From contig JBEKVV010000002.1 of NCBI GenBank assembly GCA_049513715.1, forward strand, positions 160,001 to 224,000: 64,000 nt of DNA, read 5' to 3'. This document shows, piece after piece, positions 56,508 through 64,000 of the stretch (position 1 is the first letter of the stretch; each line of letters begins with the position of its first letter). The notes beneath the pieces are model-generated. The model saw only the letters and a list, made by a program, of their open reading frames with translations. It was not told where the DNA came from and did not search any database. The position numbers were made by a program, and so were the translations under genes. The stretch comes from Candidatus Bathyarchaeia archaeon. GTDB taxonomy: Archaea > Thermoproteota > Bathyarchaeia > 40CM-2-53-6.

Positions 56508-57935
56508 ATCGCAACAGCACTAAAGAAAACTCCAGCTTGGCTGGCAATTCTGCTTCTTATTCTGGTAGTTGGGTCTGGATTTGTACTACACGTGCATGCG
56601 AGCAATACTGAGACACCATTAAGCCACATTTTTGTGATCATGCAGGAGAATCACAGTTTCGACAATTACTTCGGAACATATCCGACCGGAAACGGAACCA
56701 TTGAGAATGATTTCACATTGCGGCTGCAGAACGTCACCGGTTTTCCCAAAGGGATGTGCCTTCCCTTGGACGCAGGTTGCGTGTCACCTTACTGGGTGAA
56801 TGGAAGCAGCACAGCAAATCCTGTTGAGGGCCAGCTGACATACGAGAATGATTTTGACGGCGGTAGAATGGATGGGTACGGTCGTTATTCTGGAGTTCAG
56901 TCGTTAGCTTACTTCGACTACCATCAAGTAGCAGCGTACTGGAACTATGCCGAGGAATATGGCTTAGCGAATGACTATTTCGCGTCAGCGCTAACAACTA
57001 CGACGCCGAACAGACTCCTGTTGCTTACAGGGGATTCGCCAGTTTCCCAAAACTATGGCCCACCACCCTTTATTCAGTACAATAATACGATAGTCGGACA
57101 ACTTTCCGCCCACAGCGTCTCTTGGGGTTACTATGATTTTCTCAGCGCGTACGGCACTGTGGGAAATGTGTATCCGATCAACTTCACCCTGGGCATGACC
57201 CCGGACGACCTGAATAGGGTCCGAGATGTTTCAGCACTCTTCAGCGATTTATCCGATGGGAGTGGATTGCCTTCCGTGAATTTTGTTATGGCTCTTGGTT
57301 CTGATAGTTTGGATGAACATCCACCACAGAATGTTACTGCGGGCGAGCTGTGGGCCGTGTCAGTCGTCAACGCCATCATGAAGAGTAGCTATTGGCCGTC
57401 GTCCGCAATCTTCGTAACCTGGGACGAAGGAGGAGGCTACTATGACCATGTACCCCCACCGCAAGTTTTCAAAATAGACCACGGTTTCGACCATGAGTTG
57501 ATTGGGTATGGGCAAAGAGTGCCTTTTCTCGTCATTTCGCCCTACGCAAAAGAAAACTACATATCCACAACCATCCTGAACCACATGTCCATCGACAGAT
57601 TCATAGAATACAACTGGCGCCCTCCACCACTAACGAAAAACATAGCCGACTCAAACAACCTGCTGGACTTCTTCTACTTCAGCGGCCCACCTCGGTCACC
57701 GATAATCCTCCAGCCAATTGGACCATACTCGTACGCTTCCTATCCAATACCAATTCAAACTCCATTCGCTAACCTGCCATATGCGAGAACTGGCCCTTCG
57801 CGCACGCCACCTTCGGAGTCGAATGCAACACCATTATTCCTAGAAGCAATTTCCGTGGCTGTGGTGGCGGCCGTGTTGTTGATCACATTAAGGAAGTCTT
57901 GGAGTCGACGCCGTCGGACTTCTTATATGACTTGA
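56508..57935 (+). CDS. Secreted, membrane-anchored phosphoesterase (phospholipase C/acid phosphatase family)
   Basis: MQENHSFDNYFG, T.PNR, DEHPP, TWDEGGGYYDHVPPP, GQRVP..VISPY; signal peptide in frame upstream of the track's start at 56592; ATC start at 56508 is inferred. Confidence 0.88.
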   Translation: MATALKKTPAWLAILLLILVVGSGFVLHVHASNTETPLSHIFVIMQENHSFDNYFGTYPTGNGTIENDFTLRLQNVTGFPKGMCLPLDAGCVSPYWVNGSSTANPVEGQLTYENDFDGGRMDGYGRYSGVQSLAYFDYHQVAAYWNYAEEYGLANDYFASALTTTTPNRLLLLTGDSPVSQNYGPPPFIQYNNTIVGQLSAHSVSWGYYDFLSAYGTVGNVYPINFTLGMTPDDLNRVRDVSALFSDLSDGSGLPSVNFVMALGSDSLDEHPPQNVTAGELWAVSVVNAIMKSSYWPSSAIFVTWDEGGGYYDHVPPPQVFKIDHGFDHELIGYGQRVPFLVISPYAKENYISTTILNHMSIDRFIEYNWRPPPLTKNIADSNNLLDFFYFSGPPRSPIILQPIGPYSYASYPIPIQTPFANLPYARTGPSRTPPSESNATPLFLEAISVAVVAAVLLITLRKSWSRRRRTSYMT

Positions 57936-58923
57936 GTTTGAAAACCGCAATGATTGCTAACCCGGCAAGCACGATGCCGAGGTAGTACATTTGGAATGGT
58001 GGGGATTCGCCAGTTTGTTGGGCGCCTCCTTTTGACATTACGAAGAACGAGTAGAGGGTTGATCTCCAAACGAAGTTGTAACCTTCCACGTTGAGGTAAA
58101 CATAGGATATGACTGGTGGCTGCTGGCTAGGAGTCGTCAGGTTGAGAACTCGCAACGTATTCTCGAGGTAAGGTGAAATGTTCAACATAATTGTCTGGTT
58201 ACCGTTGGCGTTGAGCTGGAGCAGACTGTAGACAACAACTTGTGGGCTAACTATCAGGAAGCCATCAGATCCTGTGGCTGACTTGGCCAGAACTCTTGAG
58301 CTGTTCCCGTCCATCCAGAAATTGAGAACAGTGTAGATGAGTTTGTGAGGGGCGTTTGGAACGTATTCGGTTATTGAGATGCCTATTGCGGCCCACTCAT
58401 TCGTGGAACTCAGCAACTTCGGTGGTCCCCAATCGAGGGAGACGCTTACGGTCCATTGCCAATCTGTTCGCAGCCCTACGTATGCGGGAGCTGTGAAATC
58501 GCTTGTGAAGTTTGCCTCGTTTACGGCGGGAGGATGGAATCCGCCCTTCACGGTGTAGTAGTCGCCCCATTCGACACGTCTGAATTGCTGGGTTCTAGGC
58601 ACCTCCTTGAAGTTGCAGCATTGCGGACCTACGGCCAAATGCGGCATTCCAACATGCAAATCCTGCCAGGGACCAACAGAGTATCCTATGCGCCCATAAC
58701 CTGGCCCCGAGTCCCAAGTGATCGAGATGTTAGTCAACCCAACCTCAAAACCGGGGATGAAGTTTGCGTCGTAAATGGGGCCGATGTCTGTGGAATTTAG
58801 GGTCGGGTCAATGTTGTAGGCTTGATAACCCTCGGGCGGGTTGAGGAGGACACCCGGGGTCACCACTACGTTTCCGGTTGAGGAGCCGACCAGTAGCGCA
58901 CATATGAGAAGAGCGATGAGCAT
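57883..58923 (-). CDS. Secreted/surface hypothetical protein with C-terminal TM anchor
   Basis: N-terminal hydrophobic signal, beta-rich body with several N-x-S/T sequons, C-terminal TM and basic tail. Confidence 0.7.
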   Translation of the reverse strand: MLIALLICALLVGSSTGNVVVTPGVLLNPPEGYQAYNIDPTLNSTDIGPIYDANFIPGFEVGLTNISITWDSGPGYGRIGYSVGPWQDLHVGMPHLAVGPQCCNFKEVPRTQQFRRVEWGDYYTVKGGFHPPAVNEANFTSDFTAPAYVGLRTDWQWTVSVSLDWGPPKLLSSTNEWAAIGISITEYVPNAPHKLIYTVLNFWMDGNSSRVLAKSATGSDGFLIVSPQVVVYSLLQLNANGNQTIMLNISPYLENTLRVLNLTTPSQQPPVISYVYLNVEGYNFVWRSTLYSFFVMSKGGAQQTGESPPFQMYYLGIVLAGLAIIAVFKLKSYKKSDGVDSKTSLM

Positions 58924-58929
58924 GAAAGC

Positions 58930-59619
58930 TCAGCTTTTCACGTTAATGTTCGCTACTGTAATAATGACGCTTCCACCAGTGAACGCTGATCCGCGCAACC
59001 CGTAGATGTAGAGCGACGACAAACTGGCCCAGGCTATTGGGAAATCAGCGAGGACGACTGTATTGCCGACTGTTATTGTCAGGTTTCCGTTTGGTCTCGA
59101 GGCGAGTTGCGGATTCACGGGTGATGGTGGGCCATAGTTAACATACTGCAATGTCACATTATTGGCGCTAATCCAGCTGGGTGAAGTTGAATTGTACAAC
59201 ACCAACCCGTAGGTGTTGTTCCAGTTCTGGGAGAAGTACTCGATTCGAAGCAACCCATCGCCTCTCATCTGCACGATGATGGTTGGGATGGATAGATTCT
59301 CGCTTGGATATTCAGGCGCTAAGGCGAACTGAGCCTCTGAGCCTGCAGCGCCATTCGCTGGAGGTACTAGTTGGCTCTGGATACTCATTTTCCAAGAGCC
59401 GGCATAGGTCGTATTGAATTTGTATTCGGTGTCGTTTGATATTGGTTGATTGAATTTGCCGTAGGGAACTGAAAAGGAGACCATCTTATCATAAACGAAT
59501 TCCCTGGGGGCGCCTCTTTGCAGGTTGACTTGATTATAGAGGATGATGATTGTAGCGGATTCGGCAACTAGGACAACGAGCAAAACCGCAACGAGAATCT
59601 TGAGTTTATTCAACGACAC
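58930..59619 (-). CDS. N-terminally anchored hypothetical surface protein
   Basis: N-terminal TM helix; Asn/Ser/Thr-rich body with many sequons. Confidence 0.7.
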   Translation of the reverse strand: MSLNKLKILVAVLLVVLVAESATIIILYNQVNLQRGAPREFVYDKMVSFSVPYGKFNQPISNDTEYKFNTTYAGSWKMSIQSQLVPPANGAAGSEAQFALAPEYPSENLSIPTIIVQMRGDGLLRIEYFSQNWNNTYGLVLYNSTSPSWISANNVTLQYVNYGPPSPVNPQLASRPNGNLTITVGNTVVLADFPIAWASLSSLYIYGLRGSAFTGGSVIITVANINVKS

Positions 59620-59627
59620 ATTTCCTT

Positions 59628-60908
59628 CTATTGAGTTGCATGAATCTGGCTATTACCCTGTCTCAATAATACTATCAGGTACGCTATGTTGAGGCCGGTG
59701 AATACGGTTCCCAAGATGAAGTTGGTTCCCAACCTTATTGACCCTATCGACTGGCCTAGTTGAGCTTCGATTTGGATTACCTGAGGATATGTGGGCGAGG
59801 CGAACCTCAACAAGAAATAGTTGTTTGAAACAAGAAAGGCTAAAGCAGTTGCCGTAGAGAGTTTGAACAATTTGTTGCGTTGCGGGTTCCAGAGACTAAC
59901 ATCAAGGATTGAGAGTGCTAGGAGGTAGATTGCGTATTGTTCCGTTACCCGACCTTTGAAGATCAAAAATGCCAAGGTCACGACAAGAAGAGACTGCAGA
60001 ACTCCGTAGTCAGTCTCGAACCTGAACTTCCTGGCAGCGATGATTGTGAAGATGAGTATTGCGGGAATCCAGATTGCGCCTAGGATTTCGGTCGTCCGCG
60101 GCTCTAATGGCGGTATGATTCCTAAGTTTACGAGGTAGGCGAGGCCGTCCCACACTGACATGGAATCGCCACCTTTGTCAATCGTCGACCCGAGCGTCCT
60201 GTCCGCAATTGAAAGAGGCCAACCCATCACGGTGAAAGTCACTAGCGATGCAATCGTGGGTAAAGCGATTGCAACAAGGAGCCCCCGTAGGTTCCTGGAT
60301 TGGCCAACGTTGAGCGGTATCGAGTAGATCGCCGGAATGGACTTGGCGAAGCTTCCAAGTCCAGCCCAGAAGCCCTTCTTGATCTGGCTGGTCGAGGTCA
60401 ATGCGATCATTATGAAACTCATGGCTATTGAGTCAAACATCCCCCAGATTCCTGAGATTATTATCGTGAAAGGGCAGAATGTCCAGAAGCGCAGAACCCA
60501 GATGGAACCACTTGCTTTTCTGGATTTGACGTATGAGTAGAGAAGGTAGGCTAGAGTTATGTCTCCCGCTATTACCGGTTGCTTGAGCAGGAAATAGTAG
60601 ACGAACCTGTTTCCGAACCCCACCACTGAATACATCAGGTAAACCGTCCCAGTAATGATGGGCCAGAAGGGAAGATAGGCGATCGTGGGAGTGTTGTTGA
60701 TGGAGAATGAAGAAGCAAAGCTCAGTCCAGGGGCAGGTGGCAGAGAGCTGTACGGATCTCCCCCGTGGATCATCGCGTAACCTAACCTAACCCACAACTC
60801 AAAATCCGTAGGATGCCCAGTCCAAAACGAAAATGCTTCACGGATGAGTACCCCGAGAAGCAAGCTCAGAAGAACTTCACGTTGGGCAAATCGGCTGCGA
60901 ATATTCAT
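59628..60908 (-). CDS. GT-C fold membrane glycosyltransferase (GT87/PIG-M-like)
   Basis: GHPTDF..W, DPY, YLP.WP, WGMFDS; many TM segments. Confidence 0.7.
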   Translation of the reverse strand: MNIRSRFAQREVLLSLLLGVLIREAFSFWTGHPTDFELWVRLGYAMIHGGDPYSSLPPAPGLSFASSFSINNTPTIAYLPFWPIITGTVYLMYSVVGFGNRFVYYFLLKQPVIAGDITLAYLLYSYVKSRKASGSIWVLRFWTFCPFTIIISGIWGMFDSIAMSFIMIALTSTSQIKKGFWAGLGSFAKSIPAIYSIPLNVGQSRNLRGLLVAIALPTIASLVTFTVMGWPLSIADRTLGSTIDKGGDSMSVWDGLAYLVNLGIIPPLEPRTTEILGAIWIPAILIFTIIAARKFRFETDYGVLQSLLVVTLAFLIFKGRVTEQYAIYLLALSILDVSLWNPQRNKLFKLSTATALAFLVSNNYFLLRFASPTYPQVIQIEAQLGQSIGSIRLGTNFILGTVFTGLNIAYLIVLLRQGNSQIHATQ

Positions 60909-62176
60909 TCAGCAGTAGCCATCCGATGAGCCGAAGCTAGCTTCTGAAACACGAACAAAGACTGGTCGCCGAACCTGTTGAATGGGAAATGGTCGGCTAG
61001 GATTTCTTCCATCTTCTCAAGCGGCAGTCCAACTTTTCTGAATTTCAGATAGTGGTCGCTGAGGTAGGCCGGAGGAAGGAAAGCCGGTAGGCCAATCAGC
61101 GTTTTCAGCTTGAAATGACGCTCAAAATGCTCCGCAAACTCTTTGGGTGGATAGTAGAATGCGGGGATGTCCATTCCGCCCACAGAAACCATTACGGGTT
61201 GATTCTTTCTTGGGGTCATCTTGTCGAATTGTAGGACGGCGGCATGCGAGATGGCTTCACTTAGACAGAACGAATTCCTAACTGAGCAAACGAAATATCC
61301 GCCATCCACTAGCAGCGAGGAAAGTTCCGTAACGAACTTGTCCAGTTCCGGTTCGCAGTTGAGTGCGCCATTGAACGAGTAAACCACGTTCACATTTCGC
61401 TCTCCCAAGAAGTCAGCAACTTGTGATATTTCGGCTGCCCTAACCTTGAATGGTATTATACTTTCAGAGAGTCGTTTCGCTTTTATTTTGAGCTTCAGAA
61501 TGTCTATCATTTTTTCTGAAATGTCCGTTGCCACTATTCTTGCGGCGTGCTTTGATATTTCAACGGTCTCCGCCCCAGTGCCACAGCCGACCTCAACCAA
61601 TGTATCGTCTGGATCGACGTGTTTGAGCAATTCAGTGATTGAGCGTTTTCTAATCCATGTGTTTATGAAGTTATGACCGATTGTGAAATCATATTCTTCC
61701 GAGGCCGAATCGAATGCTTCAACGACTCCTCGGAAGTAGTCCTTATGCTCTACGGACCATTCTGCGAAGGTTGTTGTTGCCTCTCCTTCACCCTTGACTG
61801 CTCCTCTAGTATACGGAGGGGCGTCAGGAGTCATACGTAGACAGATGCCTGGATTCGAGTACCATCCGCGGACGGTCCCTGCGCCGTACTTGGTTGTGAA
61901 TGCTCGGACAGTCTGGGCTCTCTCTTCGAGGCTGGCTTCTCTTGCTCTCACATTGAACATGAAAGAATGTGTCCTCACCTTCGCCTTTCCGTTCTTGAGA
62001 GCGTTCAGGACCCAGTCGCTTCGAGCCGCCCCGCCTATGAGATAGAATGAGCCATCTACGAATGCAAATCGGACTCTCGCTATATGCGGCAGCCGCGTCG
62101 TCCGTCCTTCAGTCAGCACCTTGATTGTCTGCTCTGCAAGTATGGATTGATAGATTTGTGAAACCTGAGTTGCCAT
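60905..62176 (-). CDS. Fusion of deazaflavin-dependent nitroreductase-like domain and class I SAM methyltransferase
   Basis: N-terminal TEGRTT..PH..DWVLN..RARE..KYG; C-terminal VEVGCGTG, ATDISEKM, NGALNC. Confidence 0.78.
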   Translation of the reverse strand: MATQVSQIYQSILAEQTIKVLTEGRTTRLPHIARVRFAFVDGSFYLIGGAARSDWVLNALKNGKAKVRTHSFMFNVRAREASLEERAQTVRAFTTKYGAGTVRGWYSNPGICLRMTPDAPPYTRGAVKGEGEATTTFAEWSVEHKDYFRGVVEAFDSASEEYDFTIGHNFINTWIRKRSITELLKHVDPDDTLVEVGCGTGAETVEISKHAARIVATDISEKMIDILKLKIKAKRLSESIIPFKVRAAEISQVADFLGERNVNVVYSFNGALNCEPELDKFVTELSSLLVDGGYFVCSVRNSFCLSEAISHAAVLQFDKMTPRKNQPVMVSVGGMDIPAFYYPPKEFAEHFERHFKLKTLIGLPAFLPPAYLSDHYLKFRKVGLPLEKMEEILADHFPFNRFGDQSLFVFQKLASAHRMATAE

Positions 62177-62218
62177 TTCAACTCATCTCCATCCGAACTG
62201 GATCAATTCGAGAGAGCA

Positions 62219-63181
62219 TCAAGACTTGCTCCCAAACCTGGTCCACAGCTTGTGGCGATTCGTTGAATTCAATGTATCAACTAACGCTAGAAATGTTGAA
62301 ACTGCCTCACTCATTATTGCCGCTGGCAAAGCCAGCACCAATTCGGGAGAACGCGCCAGTGTTCTGATCAAGATGGAGAGACTAAGAAGAGGATTTGTGA
62401 TGAGCATGGATTCCAGTGTTCTTGGTGGTTGTCCGACGGATTCCCAGATTTGGCGATGACCAAACAATATTCTTCTTCGCTGCTCTATCACGTCAACCAT
62501 GTGTTGGGGTACATCGATGTGGACCTTAGCAGATTCGCAGAACTTCACTGAGTATCCACCACGCGTTGAAATCGCCGCCATGTATGCCCCATCATTAACG
62601 GTTTCTGCTGGTAGCTTCTGAAGCGCTTCAGACCGAATTACGAGAAGTTCATCACAGCAATGATTGTTCGTGTTGTCGCGTGTGAGCTCTTCGAGACATT
62701 GATTGTGTGCCGCCCACATCAACCGTAGCACTCCTTGGGTTAGGCCACCCTTCGGGGTGACCAATGGAGAAGCTGAAATCATGCCCGCCGTAACGTCTTT
62801 CCCAATACTAGTCAACAGCTTTGAAATCGCTCCTTGCTCCGGCAGCGCGTCTGAATTTACAAGGACGAGAAATGAACCCTCAAAGGAGTCGATAATTCGA
62901 TTGATAGCCTCAGCCTTGCCGCGCCTCTCCGGTTCCTCAATAATCGTGAAGCGACCATCTCCCTCGGCCAATTCACGAGCGAGCATGAGCGAATTCGGGT
63001 CGCAGCCGCTGGCGACAAGAATGATTTTTCTGAGATTGTATCCCTCTGGGATCGGCTCACGCATTATTGCCGCCAGCAGATTGTTAAGGTTAGTCGCTTG
63101 GTCCGCGGCGCATATTCCTATTGAGAAGTCATTTCGTGACTCGGTGCTAGACTTTGTTGGCACGGTTAGGAGGGTCGCCAT
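62219..63181 (-). CDS. GT2-family glycosyltransferase
   Basis: VASGC, EEPERRGKAEAIN, NSDA, NDG, QRRRI. Confidence 0.82.
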   Translation of the reverse strand: MATLLTVPTKSSTESRNDFSIGICAADQATNLNNLLAAIMREPIPEGYNLRKIILVASGCDPNSLMLARELAEGDGRFTIIEEPERRGKAEAINRIIDSFEGSFLVLVNSDALPEQGAISKLLTSIGKDVTAGMISASPLVTPKGGLTQGVLRLMWAAHNQCLEELTRDNTNNHCCDELLVIRSEALQKLPAETVNDGAYMAAISTRGGYSVKFCESAKVHIDVPQHMVDVIEQRRRILFGHRQIWESVGQPPRTLESMLITNPLLSLSILIRTLARSPELVLALPAAIMSEAVSTFLALVDTLNSTNRHKLWTRFGSKS

Positions 63182-63217
63182 TTTCTTGCTAGCACCACGC
63201 CTTGTCGTGTTTCATGG

Positions 63218-64000
63218 TTATTGGCCCCAGAGGGAATACAGCCATTCGTAAAAGTTGGAGGTGTATACGCATGATATTCGACTGAGCTTAGGTTTGAAGA
63301 CTCGATTGTTTCGGCCTTCCGACTTCAGTCTTAGGTTGGTCAAGTATGCTCGGAGGTGAAGGTAGCGGCTTAGGAACGTGAATGCAAGTCCCTCTGCCCA
63401 GTCCAGAAGGATCTCAAGTCCTGTGTAGCCTCCTTCCCTGTGGGACACTCCATCGATGCCATTTTTCTCGAATTCTGACAGTTTCTCATAGTACGGTGCT
63501 GTATAGATTCTCTTGATCCAAGCGTATTGCAGAAGTAGTCTTCTGTAATGGTCCTTTCCGGCGACTGGTTTGGCTTTGAGTACTTCTCGCGCGAAGAGCG
63601 GGCTGTACATGTTTCTTGACTCCTCTCCTGCGATTCCGAGTTCATCGTGAACATAGCTCAAGCAGAATTGTGATAGGTATGCTGGCCGAAGGCGGAACAG
63701 CTTGGTCAGCCTAACGTAGACGAGCATCATGAGCGCCGAGATCCAAAGTCGTTTTCGCTTTGTGACGATGAAAAGGTCTATGTCGTCCCATTTCTCAGCG
63801 CTTCCGTAGGCAACGCTGCCTGTCACGGCGATGGTCTCTATGAAGGGAATCCCTTTAGACAGGATTGCTGCGAAGTTCTTGGCGGAGTTGAGCTTTGCCG
63901 AGGACATTCGTTCTCTCTCCACCCGTTCCAACAATGACTGGCCATGGTGTGTAAGCAGGTACCCACCACTGGCTTGGAACGGGATGTTCGCGAATCTTTT
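63218..64000 (-). CDS. Pol-beta-like nucleotidyltransferase-domain protein, 5' end beyond the window
   Basis: VTGSVAYG...DDIDLFIVT..RLW, FCLSY; frame is open from 63934 to 64000. Confidence 0.78.
   Translation of the reverse strand, partial: KRFANIPFQASGGYLLTHHGQSLLERVERERMSSAKLNSAKNFAAILSKGIPFIETIAVTGSVAYGSAEKWDDIDLFIVTKRKRLWISALMMLVYVRLTKLFRLRPAYLSQFCLSYVHDELGIAGEESRNMYSPLFAREVLKAKPVAGKDHYRRLLLQYAWIKRIYTAPYYEKLSEFEKNGIDGVSHREGGYTGLEILLDWAEGLAFTFLSRYLHLRAYLTNLRLKSEGRNNRVFKPKLSRISCVYTSNFYEWLYSLWGQ

Noticed and set aside
1..64000. CRISPR arrays, IS elements, proviruses, rRNA; numerous antisense ORFs in the track
   Set aside because: No spaced repeats, transposase, integrase or rRNA signatures seen by eye; antisense ORFs are shadows of well-supported genes

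Overview
Core-genome window of an archaeon, most likely TACK/Bathyarchaeia-like (inferred from gene content). About 65 CDSs are supported. They include glycine cleavage P subunits, a divergent FtsZ, MetRS, the aIF2beta-DUF424-aIF1A-Rio1-Dim2-TopoVI cluster, an orphan A/V-ATPase subunit I, SMC-ScpAB, ABCE1 and t6A genes. A 2-oxoacid fermentation and hydrogenase-maturation block carries two AbrB-PhoU regulators, and a surface glycosylation cluster ends the window. Main observations: (1) a tRNA-Asn(GTT) gene with three introns (8/9, 30/31, 37/38) that splices to exactly 76 nt, where the 8/9 splice motif needs the 5' leader; (2) a CBS-HPF fusion, candidate ribosome hibernation factor; (3) two genes whose conserved N-termini lack any ATG/GTG/TTG, in a window rich in TTG starts; (4) a His-less HypC next to a DUF6390-like protein that carries the HypC-like His motif; (5) an unannotated 32-aa acidic Trp-repeat microprotein upstream of ABCE1; (6) a deazaflavin-reductase/methyltransferase fusion in the glycosylation cluster. 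No CRISPR array, rRNA or mobile element was seen. All family assignments are by eye; no database search was run.
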